Assembly (NCBI GenBank): GCA_043767805.1
Contig: JAYUGC010000113.1
Coordinates: 1-61,972, forward strand
Direction of reading: 5' to 3'
Length of the DNA: 61,972 nt
Source: Pseudomonadota bacterium
GTDB lineage: Bacteria; Bdellovibrionota; FAC87; UBA2466
The translations under genes and the position numbers were made by a program. The notes under the pieces were generated by a model. The model ran no database searches. It saw only the letters and a list, made by a program, of their open reading frames with translations, and had not been told where the DNA came from. Position 1 is the first letter of the stretch. Every line of letters starts with the position of its first letter. This document shows, in pieces, positions 54,422 to 61,972 of this stretch.

Positions 54422-55705
54422 ATGCGCAACCCCGCCGCAAAGCTTTTGTCTCGAGAACGAGGCGACATTTCAATTCTGATTGCTGCCGTAATGGCTTTGC
54501 TCATCTTGGTTGTCGCTTTCATGTCCTCGCTAGCTCCCCTTCATGAGCAGCGGAGACTTAGCGCCCTCAAGAAGCAGCGAGCGCTGCGGGCGATAAACAT
54601 GAATGCTTTGGAAGTGGCGAAGACGTTGTTGGTGGCTAGAGTGGTCGATACGACGACCTGGACACTGAATGGATTCGTACCCAATGACCTCGTGGGCAAT
54701 CTTTACTGCGGTGGAAGTACCCCGTCGCCCCAGATTTGGGAAAACGGTGTGGCCCCAGTTTGTGGTGGGATGACCACCTCGTTCCTGGAAAATTTGGACG
54801 TAAGGCCGCTTTATGCAACGCTGGGAATCGCGCTGGCTGATTTGTTTATTCCCGAATCCTCGGGAACCGGCTTGACCATGAATGTGGGCGCTGATGGGGG
54901 AACTAGCTCTGGCGGTGCGGGGCGCGATCCCCACCCGGGATTTACGGCGCAGAAGCCAACCCTGTTGTTGAATCTACCCACCGCAGGAAGCTCTGAAAAT
55001 GGAACCGCCTACGTCCAGTTTAGGTCGGCGACAGCGACTAGCGTCGAAGTGGGGGTCACATCGATAGTGCCGTCCGGCAGTCACTGGGATCGAGGAACTT
55101 TGGTTGCGAGAATTGGGCAGGAAGGGGGAGCGCCGCCGCTCGTCGATCCATGGAGTCCGGATAGTTGTGTGTTTAGGAATTCACACGAAGTTTCCTATAA
55201 AGGAAAGACCACCTATGCCCCTCCTGGCTGGGAGACTTGCCCAGCAAATTATGCCGTGGTTACGACATCGAACGGAGCTTCTTACGCCCTGATTTGCTGC
55301 CCGTTGCCAAGTTCGGACATCCTGACTGGAGCGGTCAGCAGTCGTTCCGGGACTTGCGGGGCGAACGAGTTGTTAGTGGGTGCGACGTATAGCGATAACA
55401 ATAAAGCCACTGTAACGTGTCAGGGTATCAATACGGGCAAATACAAGTTAGGTGCCGCAAAGACGTCCTGTGTTTGGGGTAGTGGATCGGGGGGCTGGGC
55501 TGGAGCTTCCGGCTGTGGGACGGCCCCTCTTATCGTCGGGGCGAAGAGCCTTGATGGCAAATCACGAACCGTTGGAGGCGATGGGTGCACGGGATCGCCC
55601 TTTGGAGCTTTCGCGGTAAAGAGAACGAGCAAGCAGTGCGGCGATCAAAAATATTCTCAGCTCCAAAATCTGGATGGCACCGCCGTGGAAATAAACTATC
55701 CGTAA
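54422..55705 (+). CDS. PilX/TadG-like pilin-associated protein with Cys-rich C-terminal domain
   Basis: RERG|DISILIAAVMALLILVVAF prepilin-like N-terminus; numerous Cys in the C-terminal ~180 aa. Confidence 0.6.
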   Translation: MRNPAAKLLSRERGDISILIAAVMALLILVVAFMSSLAPLHEQRRLSALKKQRALRAINMNALEVAKTLLVARVVDTTTWTLNGFVPNDLVGNLYCGGSTPSPQIWENGVAPVCGGMTTSFLENLDVRPLYATLGIALADLFIPESSGTGLTMNVGADGGTSSGGAGRDPHPGFTAQKPTLLLNLPTAGSSENGTAYVQFRSATATSVEVGVTSIVPSGSHWDRGTLVARIGQEGGAPPLVDPWSPDSCVFRNSHEVSYKGKTTYAPPGWETCPANYAVVTTSNGASYALICCPLPSSDILTGAVSSRSGTCGANELLVGATYSDNNKATVTCQGINTGKYKLGAAKTSCVWGSGSGGWAGASGCGTAPLIVGAKSLDGKSRTVGGDGCTGSPFGAFAVKRTSKQCGDQKYSQLQNLDGTAVEINYP

Positions 55706-55734
55706 CCGTCCTTCCGCTAGTTGACCCCGGCCGA

Positions 55735-56442
55735 CTATTTTTCAATGACCTGGATTCCTGGGGTCAGTAAGTCAGTAGAAAGCGAAAGGGTCTTTCGAAT
55801 CACCGTCCATTCCTTTTTCTGATCGGTATAGGCAGCGGCCATCTCTGCAACGTATTCATACGCGCTATTGCCTTTATCGTAGCAGCGAAAGCAAACTGCC
55901 ATGGCAACGACGTCGAGGGAATTGATCCCGGGGTATGTTGTGAGGATGCCACCCCTGTCGATAGTAATTTGAGGGGCGGAGGGACACCGGCTTGGGGAAA
56001 GTGCGGAATGAACGTTTGTGATTAGGACTGCCGGCGGAATTGGCTGTCCGTCACATTTGGTCTGGTAAGAGACTGAAGTGGTGGCAAGGGGAGGGCCGGT
56101 CACTTCCTGGGTAATCTGTAGATTAATGCAGACGGGCCCATTGGCTTGGGGGACGCAGGGAGGCGCGGGAGCCGTAGCTGTTCCCATCTCGGGAGCCGGG
56201 AGGGCCGTCAAATTCACCTGTGGATTAGGAACGGGCGACGTTTCATTTTTTCGCCTTCGAAAGTTGGCCCTGATGTCATTGGCCACCTGGTCGAGAAGCG
56301 CGGTGGCTTTGGCCCGGTTGGTTTGTTTTTGATTCTGACTGGCAAAAAATGAAAAGGCGCTTGTAGCAGCAAGGACTATCCCAGCCAATAGACCGAGGGC
56401 CATGACTAACTCAAGTAACGTGAATCCCCGTCTCCGTGTCAT
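55735..56442 (-). CDS. Type IV minor pilin (PilW/PulJ-like)
   Basis: RRRG|FTLLELVMAL N-methylation motif with Glu at position 5. Confidence 0.85.
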   Translation of the reverse strand: MTRRRGFTLLELVMALGLLAGIVLAATSAFSFFASQNQKQTNRAKATALLDQVANDIRANFRRRKNETSPVPNPQVNLTALPAPEMGTATAPAPPCVPQANGPVCINLQITQEVTGPPLATTSVSYQTKCDGQPIPPAVLITNVHSALSPSRCPSAPQITIDRGGILTTYPGINSLDVVAMAVCFRCYDKGNSAYEYVAEMAAAYTDQKKEWTVIRKTLSLSTDLLTPGIQVIEK

Positions 56443-56449
56443 ATGCCTC

Positions 56450-57247
56450 TCAATTCAAACCGCTGGTTATATAATTTCCCGATTGCTGCTTGTAGAGGGT
56501 TTCACCTGTTGAAGGCGTGGGCCAAAAGATGGTGTAATCAAGGACGTTGACCATTTTGGCGTTATCGTTCAGGCCTCGAATGGCGGTACAGCTCTTGGTG
56601 AAACCGTCCTTTATGTACCGTTCCCTAAACCGAAACCACACGTAAACGGGTGAACGGGCGGTCATTTTCGCTAGCCGTGAAAGCTCCGGGGTGGCATTAC
56701 CCGGGGATAAGGTGGCGCAGAAACAAAAGGCACTGGCATCCTTAATCGATCGATTATCTGCGTCGTCGGAAGCGAGCGCGCTGGATACCCACGGGTCGCT
56801 TACCGTGCCGGCACCGCAGTTGGATACTATGGTACTGGCAGCGCATGCCTTTTTGACCGCCGGGTAGGAGGGGGTGGCATCGAGAGCGGCTCTCTCTGAC
56901 GACGAGAGCAATTTCACTTTAACCCCACTCGGCAAAGAAAGCGCGGCGTTGGACGAGTCGGTCGCGGCTGAATAGAAGGGTGTCTTGGCCTCGCAGTCGG
57001 TGGACGGAGCGGCCGGAGCGGATAGTGCGCGCAACAGATAACTCCTCATCGCGCCCATGACGGAAATCTTCAAGTCGTCGTCGATACCAACAACGACATT
57101 TCCCGCCTCGAGATCCCGGTTTCTATCTCCCGTATGGGTAAAAAGCTGGGCGGCCATGAGAATTCCGACAATTAAAAGTACGGAAGCGATCAAAACCCCA
57201 ACGAGGGTGACCCCTCGCGAATCACCAAGTCTATTATGAAGTCCCAT
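56450..57247 (-). CDS. Prepilin-like protein (PilV-like position, E5 replaced by G)
   Basis: DSRG|VTLVGVLIASVLLIVGIL; several Cys pairs. Confidence 0.7.
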   Translation of the reverse strand: MGLHNRLGDSRGVTLVGVLIASVLLIVGILMAAQLFTHTGDRNRDLEAGNVVVGIDDDLKISVMGAMRSYLLRALSAPAAPSTDCEAKTPFYSAATDSSNAALSLPSGVKVKLLSSSERAALDATPSYPAVKKACAASTIVSNCGAGTVSDPWVSSALASDDADNRSIKDASAFCFCATLSPGNATPELSRLAKMTARSPVYVWFRFRERYIKDGFTKSCTAIRGLNDNAKMVNVLDYTIFWPTPSTGETLYKQQSGNYITSGLN

Positions 57248-57518
57248 TCGGTTGAGCTTACCGTAAATGAAGTGCAATCAGAAGGTACGGCGCTACCTTC
57301 AGGCGTCTTTAATGAGCGCGCTGGAGGAGCGCAACTCCGGGCTCGGGGATTTCCAGAGCCCATGGGGGCGCTATCCAGTTGAGCGTGTGTTCGGTATAAA
57401 ACGAAACATGCGTCGGATCACGGTGGTAGTGTCGGCCATTGCCGCGAAGGGAGAGTGAATTTTTGCGTAATGTCAGCGGAGGATCTATCTGATAGCATTT
57501 TTTATTTGGAGGTGTTTT

Positions 57519-57767
57519 ATGCGCTATTTCTCAATTTTGTTCCCAGTTGCTTTGCTCGCCCTTACAAGTTGCGGCAGTCCCAAGATTGGTGAGTCTTGCA
57601 AAACGGCGGGCGATTCCGCCGCGTGCGAAAGCGGAGCCATGTGCACGAATAATTCGGGTGGGGGGAATACCTGCTTCAAAGTCTGCACTGCGGATAGCGA
57701 GTGCGCGACTACCGAGCAATGCAACGGCGTGAGCGGCACAAACATCAAGAGTTGCCAGCCGAAGTAG
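57519..57767 (+). CDS. Small Cys-rich lipoprotein
   Basis: GGAGGT RBS; lipobox LTSC; eight further Cys. Confidence 0.8.
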   Translation: MRYFSILFPVALLALTSCGSPKIGESCKTAGDSAACESGAMCTNNSGGGNTCFKVCTADSECATTEQCNGVSGTNIKSCQPK

Positions 57768-57870
57768 GGCAGCGAGCTGTACAAAAAGGTACGGCGCTAG
57801 ATTGTCATAGCCAGTGCAACGAAGGTGGCGCCAAAGGAGCCGGCCCGCGGTACCGCCTATCCTTTTAACA

Positions 57871-58419
57871 TCATTCGAAACGCCAGTTGGCGATGACCAT
57901 GAAGGGCGCGAGCGCCTTGGGGAAATGTCCGAACCAATCTTTGGTTTGGGCGATGATGTTGATGAGGCCGATCTGAATCAGGTTGGCGCCCGTATCGGCG
58001 TAGTTCGCAAAGCCCAGCTGAAGTCCTTTGACGTGGGAGGCATAGTTGAAAAAGCCCCACTGTACGCCGGTCACCGAGCCCTCGGCGAAATTGACGAGAG
58101 CGGCTTGAACGCCCACGAAGGCTTTCTTGCTCCAGTTCACCGGCGCGATCTGAAGCCCTGTATAGGTATCCGAGTAATTCAGCAGGACTCCCAAGCTGAA
58201 GCCGGCGCTGTTGCCGAGCGATCCGTTCACGAAGCCCAGAGCGAAAGACTTCTGTTCGTTCTCTCCCCAAAGGCTCAGAGTAAAGCCCTCGATGCGCGCC
58301 GTGCGCCCGTGTAGCGCCACGTCAGGGACCAGGCTGACATTTACCGGATGAGTCGCTCCAAGCGACGAGCTCGCCCAGAATAGAAATAGCCCTAAGCGCA
58401 GGAAGGGTTGGCGAATCAT
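57871..58419 (-). CDS. LA_2272-like repeat surface protein
   Basis: Repeated G[VL]Qx(G/A)xxN[FY]A units; signal peptide; GAGGAG RBS. Confidence 0.8.
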   Translation of the reverse strand: MIRQPFLRLGLFLFWASSSLGATHPVNVSLVPDVALHGRTARIEGFTLSLWGENEQKSFALGFVNGSLGNSAGFSLGVLLNYSDTYTGLQIAPVNWSKKAFVGVQAALVNFAEGSVTGVQWGFFNYASHVKGLQLGFANYADTGANLIQIGLINIIAQTKDWFGHFPKALAPFMVIANWRFE

Positions 58420-58747
58420 GCTGTCGTCTCCTCGAATGAACTAAGCGTACCGCATTTGAATTAGAATAGCTCCCATCCATGGGAGCAATCAGTCGTCGCA
58501 ATCGAGTCGCGTGCGCTTTGATGCTTCTGTCGTGCGTTTTTACCGTGGGGGGCACGGAGGCCGTGGTGAGATTGTGCCAACTAGCTCCTTCGCCTGGCCC
58601 ATATAAGATCGAGAGTCCACGATGTAACGTCCCCCGACGCGCGCCTTGTGCCATATCCGCACCACCCCGTCGGAAAACACATTTTGTTCACAATCATGGG
58701 GTAGAATGAAAAGGTTAGCCTCTGAACTGGAGCTGGTAGGCCTACCG

Positions 58748-59320
58748 ATGAAATTACTTCTGATTTTAACGAGTTTATTTTTCCTACCCCTCGCTGGCCT
58801 TGCCGACGCCGGCGTCGACGTCCTCACAAACGATTCTGGTTCAATTTCGGACATCGACTTCAGGGGCCTTCGAATCAATAACGTGGACCAACCTGGTAGC
58901 TCCGGTCAGAGGGGCAGCGGCGGGCCCGCCGCAAAGGGAGTCGAGTCTTCTCCTTCAGCCCTAGATAGCGTGCCTCTTCCGGGTGGAGGGGGCGGCCGAA
59001 GGGTGCCGGCTTCCCAGGATTTTCCTTCTACGATATCTGGGGGAAACCCGATTGGCGGCGACAGACGGGTGGTTCCTCCGTCACCCAATGAAGAAGGCAG
59101 GCCACTTCCCGGCTCCGGATTTGGCAGCGTTCCCCCTCCGGCCGGCTCAGATTCGATCGTGGGATCCGGTTCCATGATCGGATTTCCCGGTGAAATTTCC
59201 GCGGGGTCGTCGGTAGGATCACTTCCATCCGGGGCACCGACCCCTGGCTCTGGGCCTTCGAGTGTCGATTCGACTCCGGTCGGTGTATCGCTCGCACCAG
59301 GCGGACTCGAAGCTCCTTAA
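58748..59320 (+). CDS. Secreted Gly/Ser/Pro-rich low-complexity protein
   Basis: Signal peptide MKLLLILTSLFFLPLAGLA followed by a disordered G/S/P tract. Confidence 0.65.
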   Translation: MKLLLILTSLFFLPLAGLADAGVDVLTNDSGSISDIDFRGLRINNVDQPGSSGQRGSGGPAAKGVESSPSALDSVPLPGGGGGRRVPASQDFPSTISGGNPIGGDRRVVPPSPNEEGRPLPGSGFGSVPPPAGSDSIVGSGSMIGFPGEISAGSSVGSLPSGAPTPGSGPSSVDSTPVGVSLAPGGLEAP

Positions 59321-59330
59321 GACCACTTCT

Positions 59331-60911
59331 ATGCCACCAACCTTCGCTTGGTCTTTTCTTCTTGGTGTGGCCGCTTTCCTCCTTCCCCTTTCCGCCAGGG
59401 CCGAGTCGCCGAGCCCCCGCATTGCCCACAGGCTATATGCGTCGGGCGACTGCAAAGCTGCTCTACCCCTTTACCGGGATCTCCTCAGAACGAACAAGGG
59501 CTCCTCTTCTTTTCAGGATGAGGTCCTCTTGCGAATTTCCTATTGCCTTTTCAAGTTGGAGCGATATGCCGAGGCCGAACTCGGCTTCGCACAAATCCTT
59601 TCAAAATATCCGAATCACCATCAAGCCAGATTGAAGCACTCGGAGTCTTTCCTCTTATTAGGGAGGCCGGAGCTGGCCTTGAAGGAAACGAATAGGGTCC
59701 GGGCGCCCGCTTATCTGACGCCCTCTCGTATATTAGCTTCGCGAAGCCATTTGGAACTGGGCGAGGCATCCAAAGCCATCGAAATATTGAATTCGATTCA
59801 GGTGCCCGGAGATCTGGATCCGGAAGTGTCCTATTGGAAGGGCGTTGCCTACTATTCCCAGTTTGAAGTCTCGGAAGCAGAGGCTGCCTTTCAGTCCTCA
59901 TTCGATCGTTCCAAATCTGGCACCTGGACCCGCGCGGCCTCGTCGGGTTGGATCAACGCGCTGAAAGACTCTCGACGGACAATAAAGGTACGCGGCAGTG
60001 TCGGTTACGTGATCGATACGAACATCGCTCAGCTGACGTATTCTGGGTCAGGTACTCCTGAGAATATTGCAGGGGAGGATTCTTACCTCAAGGACCATGG
60101 GTACTCAGTCGGGCTTAAGGTTGAAACGAAACCATGGCGCTCCGGAGGACTCAGTTTGGTTCCCTCTCTGTCTATGAACGGTACCTTCTATCGTACCAAC
60201 ACCGCCTATGACACCCAGTCCCTGGCCGGTCAACTTACACTGACACAGATATTGACGAGAGTGCTGGCCGCGCGGGCCAGCGTAAGCTTCATTGATACAC
60301 GGTATCGGTTTCTCTACTACCAGGATTATTTGATACTGAATGCCTCTCTCATCGTGAGCCCCACTGAACGGTTCAGCGCTCACTTTTCGAGCGGCTTCAC
60401 ACGTTTAATAAAGAGTCGCGAGGCGTGGGTCCTAAGTCCCACAGTGGGTTGGCAGTGGGAATTACCTTGGGCGAGCTTTTTTGGGACCATCGGGCTGACC
60501 CGGGCCCTTGGGCTGAAAGCGCAGATCGACAACGCTACTCCTTTTTCCGTAACGTCGGGATTCATTTTCAGCCGATACAGCATGCTAACTGGAAGTGCAG
60601 GGATAGGAGAAACGCTACCCTGGGAAATCGAAGCGTCCCTCCAAATATCGTTAGCCAGGACCTGGTTCGATGACGAATCCGTTCCAGCAGGCGCTGCAGA
60701 ATACACTACGCCGAGAGGGGACCACTCACTAAGCTGGCATCTCTCGCTTTACCGCCCCCTCTGGGAAAAGAAAATAGGTGCCTCGATACATTACTCTTAC
60801 CTCACTCACCACTCTGACGGATTTCAGGGGATTAGGTATGCCAATGGCGCCTCTCCGAATTACAATTACCGTCGCCATTTCGCATCCTTCCTCATTAACT
60901 TTGCTTTCTGA
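59331..60911 (+). CDS. TPR + outer-membrane beta-barrel protein (DUF560/Slam-like architecture)
   Basis: Signal peptide; TPR helices; GYVIDTNI barrel start; alternating strands; C-terminal Phe (LINFAF). Confidence 0.7.
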   Translation: MPPTFAWSFLLGVAAFLLPLSARAESPSPRIAHRLYASGDCKAALPLYRDLLRTNKGSSSFQDEVLLRISYCLFKLERYAEAELGFAQILSKYPNHHQARLKHSESFLLLGRPELALKETNRVRAPAYLTPSRILASRSHLELGEASKAIEILNSIQVPGDLDPEVSYWKGVAYYSQFEVSEAEAAFQSSFDRSKSGTWTRAASSGWINALKDSRRTIKVRGSVGYVIDTNIAQLTYSGSGTPENIAGEDSYLKDHGYSVGLKVETKPWRSGGLSLVPSLSMNGTFYRTNTAYDTQSLAGQLTLTQILTRVLAARASVSFIDTRYRFLYYQDYLILNASLIVSPTERFSAHFSSGFTRLIKSREAWVLSPTVGWQWELPWASFFGTIGLTRALGLKAQIDNATPFSVTSGFIFSRYSMLTGSAGIGETLPWEIEASLQISLARTWFDDESVPAGAAEYTTPRGDHSLSWHLSLYRPLWEKKIGASIHYSYLTHHSDGFQGIRYANGASPNYNYRRHFASFLINFAF

Positions 60912-60929
60912 GAACCGCGAGATCAATGG

Positions 60930-61160
60930 ATAGGAAATTTACATCGTGTCCCATTCCCTGGAATTTACGCCGGGTGAGGACATTTGGACGGAAAACCGAT
61001 TCGTTTCTCTGTTGAAGGAATTGAGTGGAACTAAAGCCACTCCTTAAACGAGGAACAGATCATCGAGCAAAATTCCATCATGGCCAACGGACCTGTCGAG
61101 GTTTTCTACTTTCTCGACGGAAAGAAGCATTCGCTGTTTTGGACCGGTGTCCCAAGATAA
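60930..61160 (+). pseudogene. Possible degraded ORF remnant
   Basis: Two protein-like stretches in different frames (EIYIVSHSLEFTPGEDIW... and LNEEQIIEQNSIMANGPVEVFYFLDG...) with no clear start. Confidence 0.25.
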
Positions 61161-61216
61161 GGAAAGCTCTCTCGCCGGAGCATTCAGTGCTACACTCACC
61201 CTTCTATGGAGAGCGT

Positions 61217-61972
61217 GTGAATCTTAGGAATGTGGGCTTTTCGGCTTTGTGCGGCGTCCTCGTTTTCCTAACGGCCTGCTCCGGAAGCGAGGATGACTCA
61301 GCCTCCTGCAAAAGCACGGCAGAAAGCCGCGTGTTTCGGGCTGTCGGCGTGGATCCCACCGATGACTCAATCGTCTACGTCGGAGTAGAAGGCCACGGCG
61401 TCTACAAAACCATCAATTCCGGGCAAACCTGGACGAAAATCTCCAGCGGAATTTTGGGTGCGGCACTGAGCACCGGCGGCACCTGCTACAACGAGTTCAG
61501 AGACCTTTCCATTTCGGCGCAAAACTCCCAGAAACTCTGTGTCTCTCAGTCAGGCGGCCCTCTTGCCCCGACCGAACCGCTCTTCGGAGTGCACATGGGC
61601 CCATACTGCAGCAGCGATGGAGGCACCACATGGACGAGAAGCGTCACTGGCCTTAATGACGTCGGCGGCTACTCCCTAACGGTCGACCCCAATAATAGCA
61701 GCACGGTTTACTACGGCGTCGGGGATTTCACCTACAACCCTGGCGCGATCGGCTCCGGCACCGGTGTGATCTATAAATCGACGGATTTTGGCTTGACCTG
61801 GACGGAGTTGAATACCAATTACACTGCCGGTCAAAGCGCAAACCGAATTCATGTCCACCCGACGGATCCCAACAAGATCTTTTCCGCAATGGCGGTACTA
61901 GTTACCAGCGGCACAGGCGTCGATGGCGGGCGTTACGGAACCAATCAGAGCGGAATGATCTTATCGACTAAC
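61217..61972 (+). CDS. BNR/Asp-box beta-propeller lipoprotein (3'-truncated by window edge)
   Basis: GGAGAG RBS then GTG; lipobox LTAC; repeats TINSGQTW, SSDGGTTW and STDFGLTW. Confidence 0.85.
   Translation, partial: MNLRNVGFSALCGVLVFLTACSGSEDDSASCKSTAESRVFRAVGVDPTDDSIVYVGVEGHGVYKTINSGQTWTKISSGILGAALSTGGTCYNEFRDLSISAQNSQKLCVSQSGGPLAPTEPLFGVHMGPYCSSDGGTTWTRSVTGLNDVGGYSLTVDPNNSSTVYYGVGDFTYNPGAIGSGTGVIYKSTDFGLTWTELNTNYTAGQSANRIHVHPTDPNKIFSAMAVLVTSGTGVDGGRYGTNQSGMILSTN

Noticed and set aside
37481..57832. Other TGGC...TTGC-like motifs (about 37481, 42293, 43046, 57815)
   Set aside because: GG-to-GC spacing is not the required 10 nt, so they were not called as sigma54 promoters.
1..61972. CRISPR arrays, transposases, phage genes, rRNA
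   Set aside because: No regularly spaced repeats or recognisable motifs seen by eye.

Overview
GC-rich bacterial chromosomal window rich in secreted and lipoprotein orphan genes. A TIGR02147/DUF4423 gene, many signal-peptide orphans, minor pilins and wall-remodelling enzymes suggest a Bdellovibrionota-like, possibly predatory, organism (inference). Recognisable anchors are tRNA-Leu(TAA), a type-2 ileS, glf, surface-glycan genes (GT4-GT2, Wzt-like ABC, GT2/GT-C cassette), an LdtD/YcbB + M15 peptidase pair, an S8 protease and a caspase-family peptidase. Four observations stand out. (1) A probable ~5,080-codon giant secreted gene (6737-21979) is split by a single in-frame TGA; it carries a hydrophobic segment and a duplicated C-terminal module, and is divergent from a signal-peptide-bearing EarP-like GT-B protein. 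(2) Seven correctly spaced sigma54 -24/-12 promoters all lie in front of exported orphan genes. (3) A pair of 46-bp inverted repeats contains the start codon of the Wzt-like gene and could act as an invertible translation switch. (4) A Slam-like TPR/beta-barrel gene is flanked by candidate cargo. No CRISPR array, transposase or integrase was seen. All family calls are from motifs read by eye; no searches were run.
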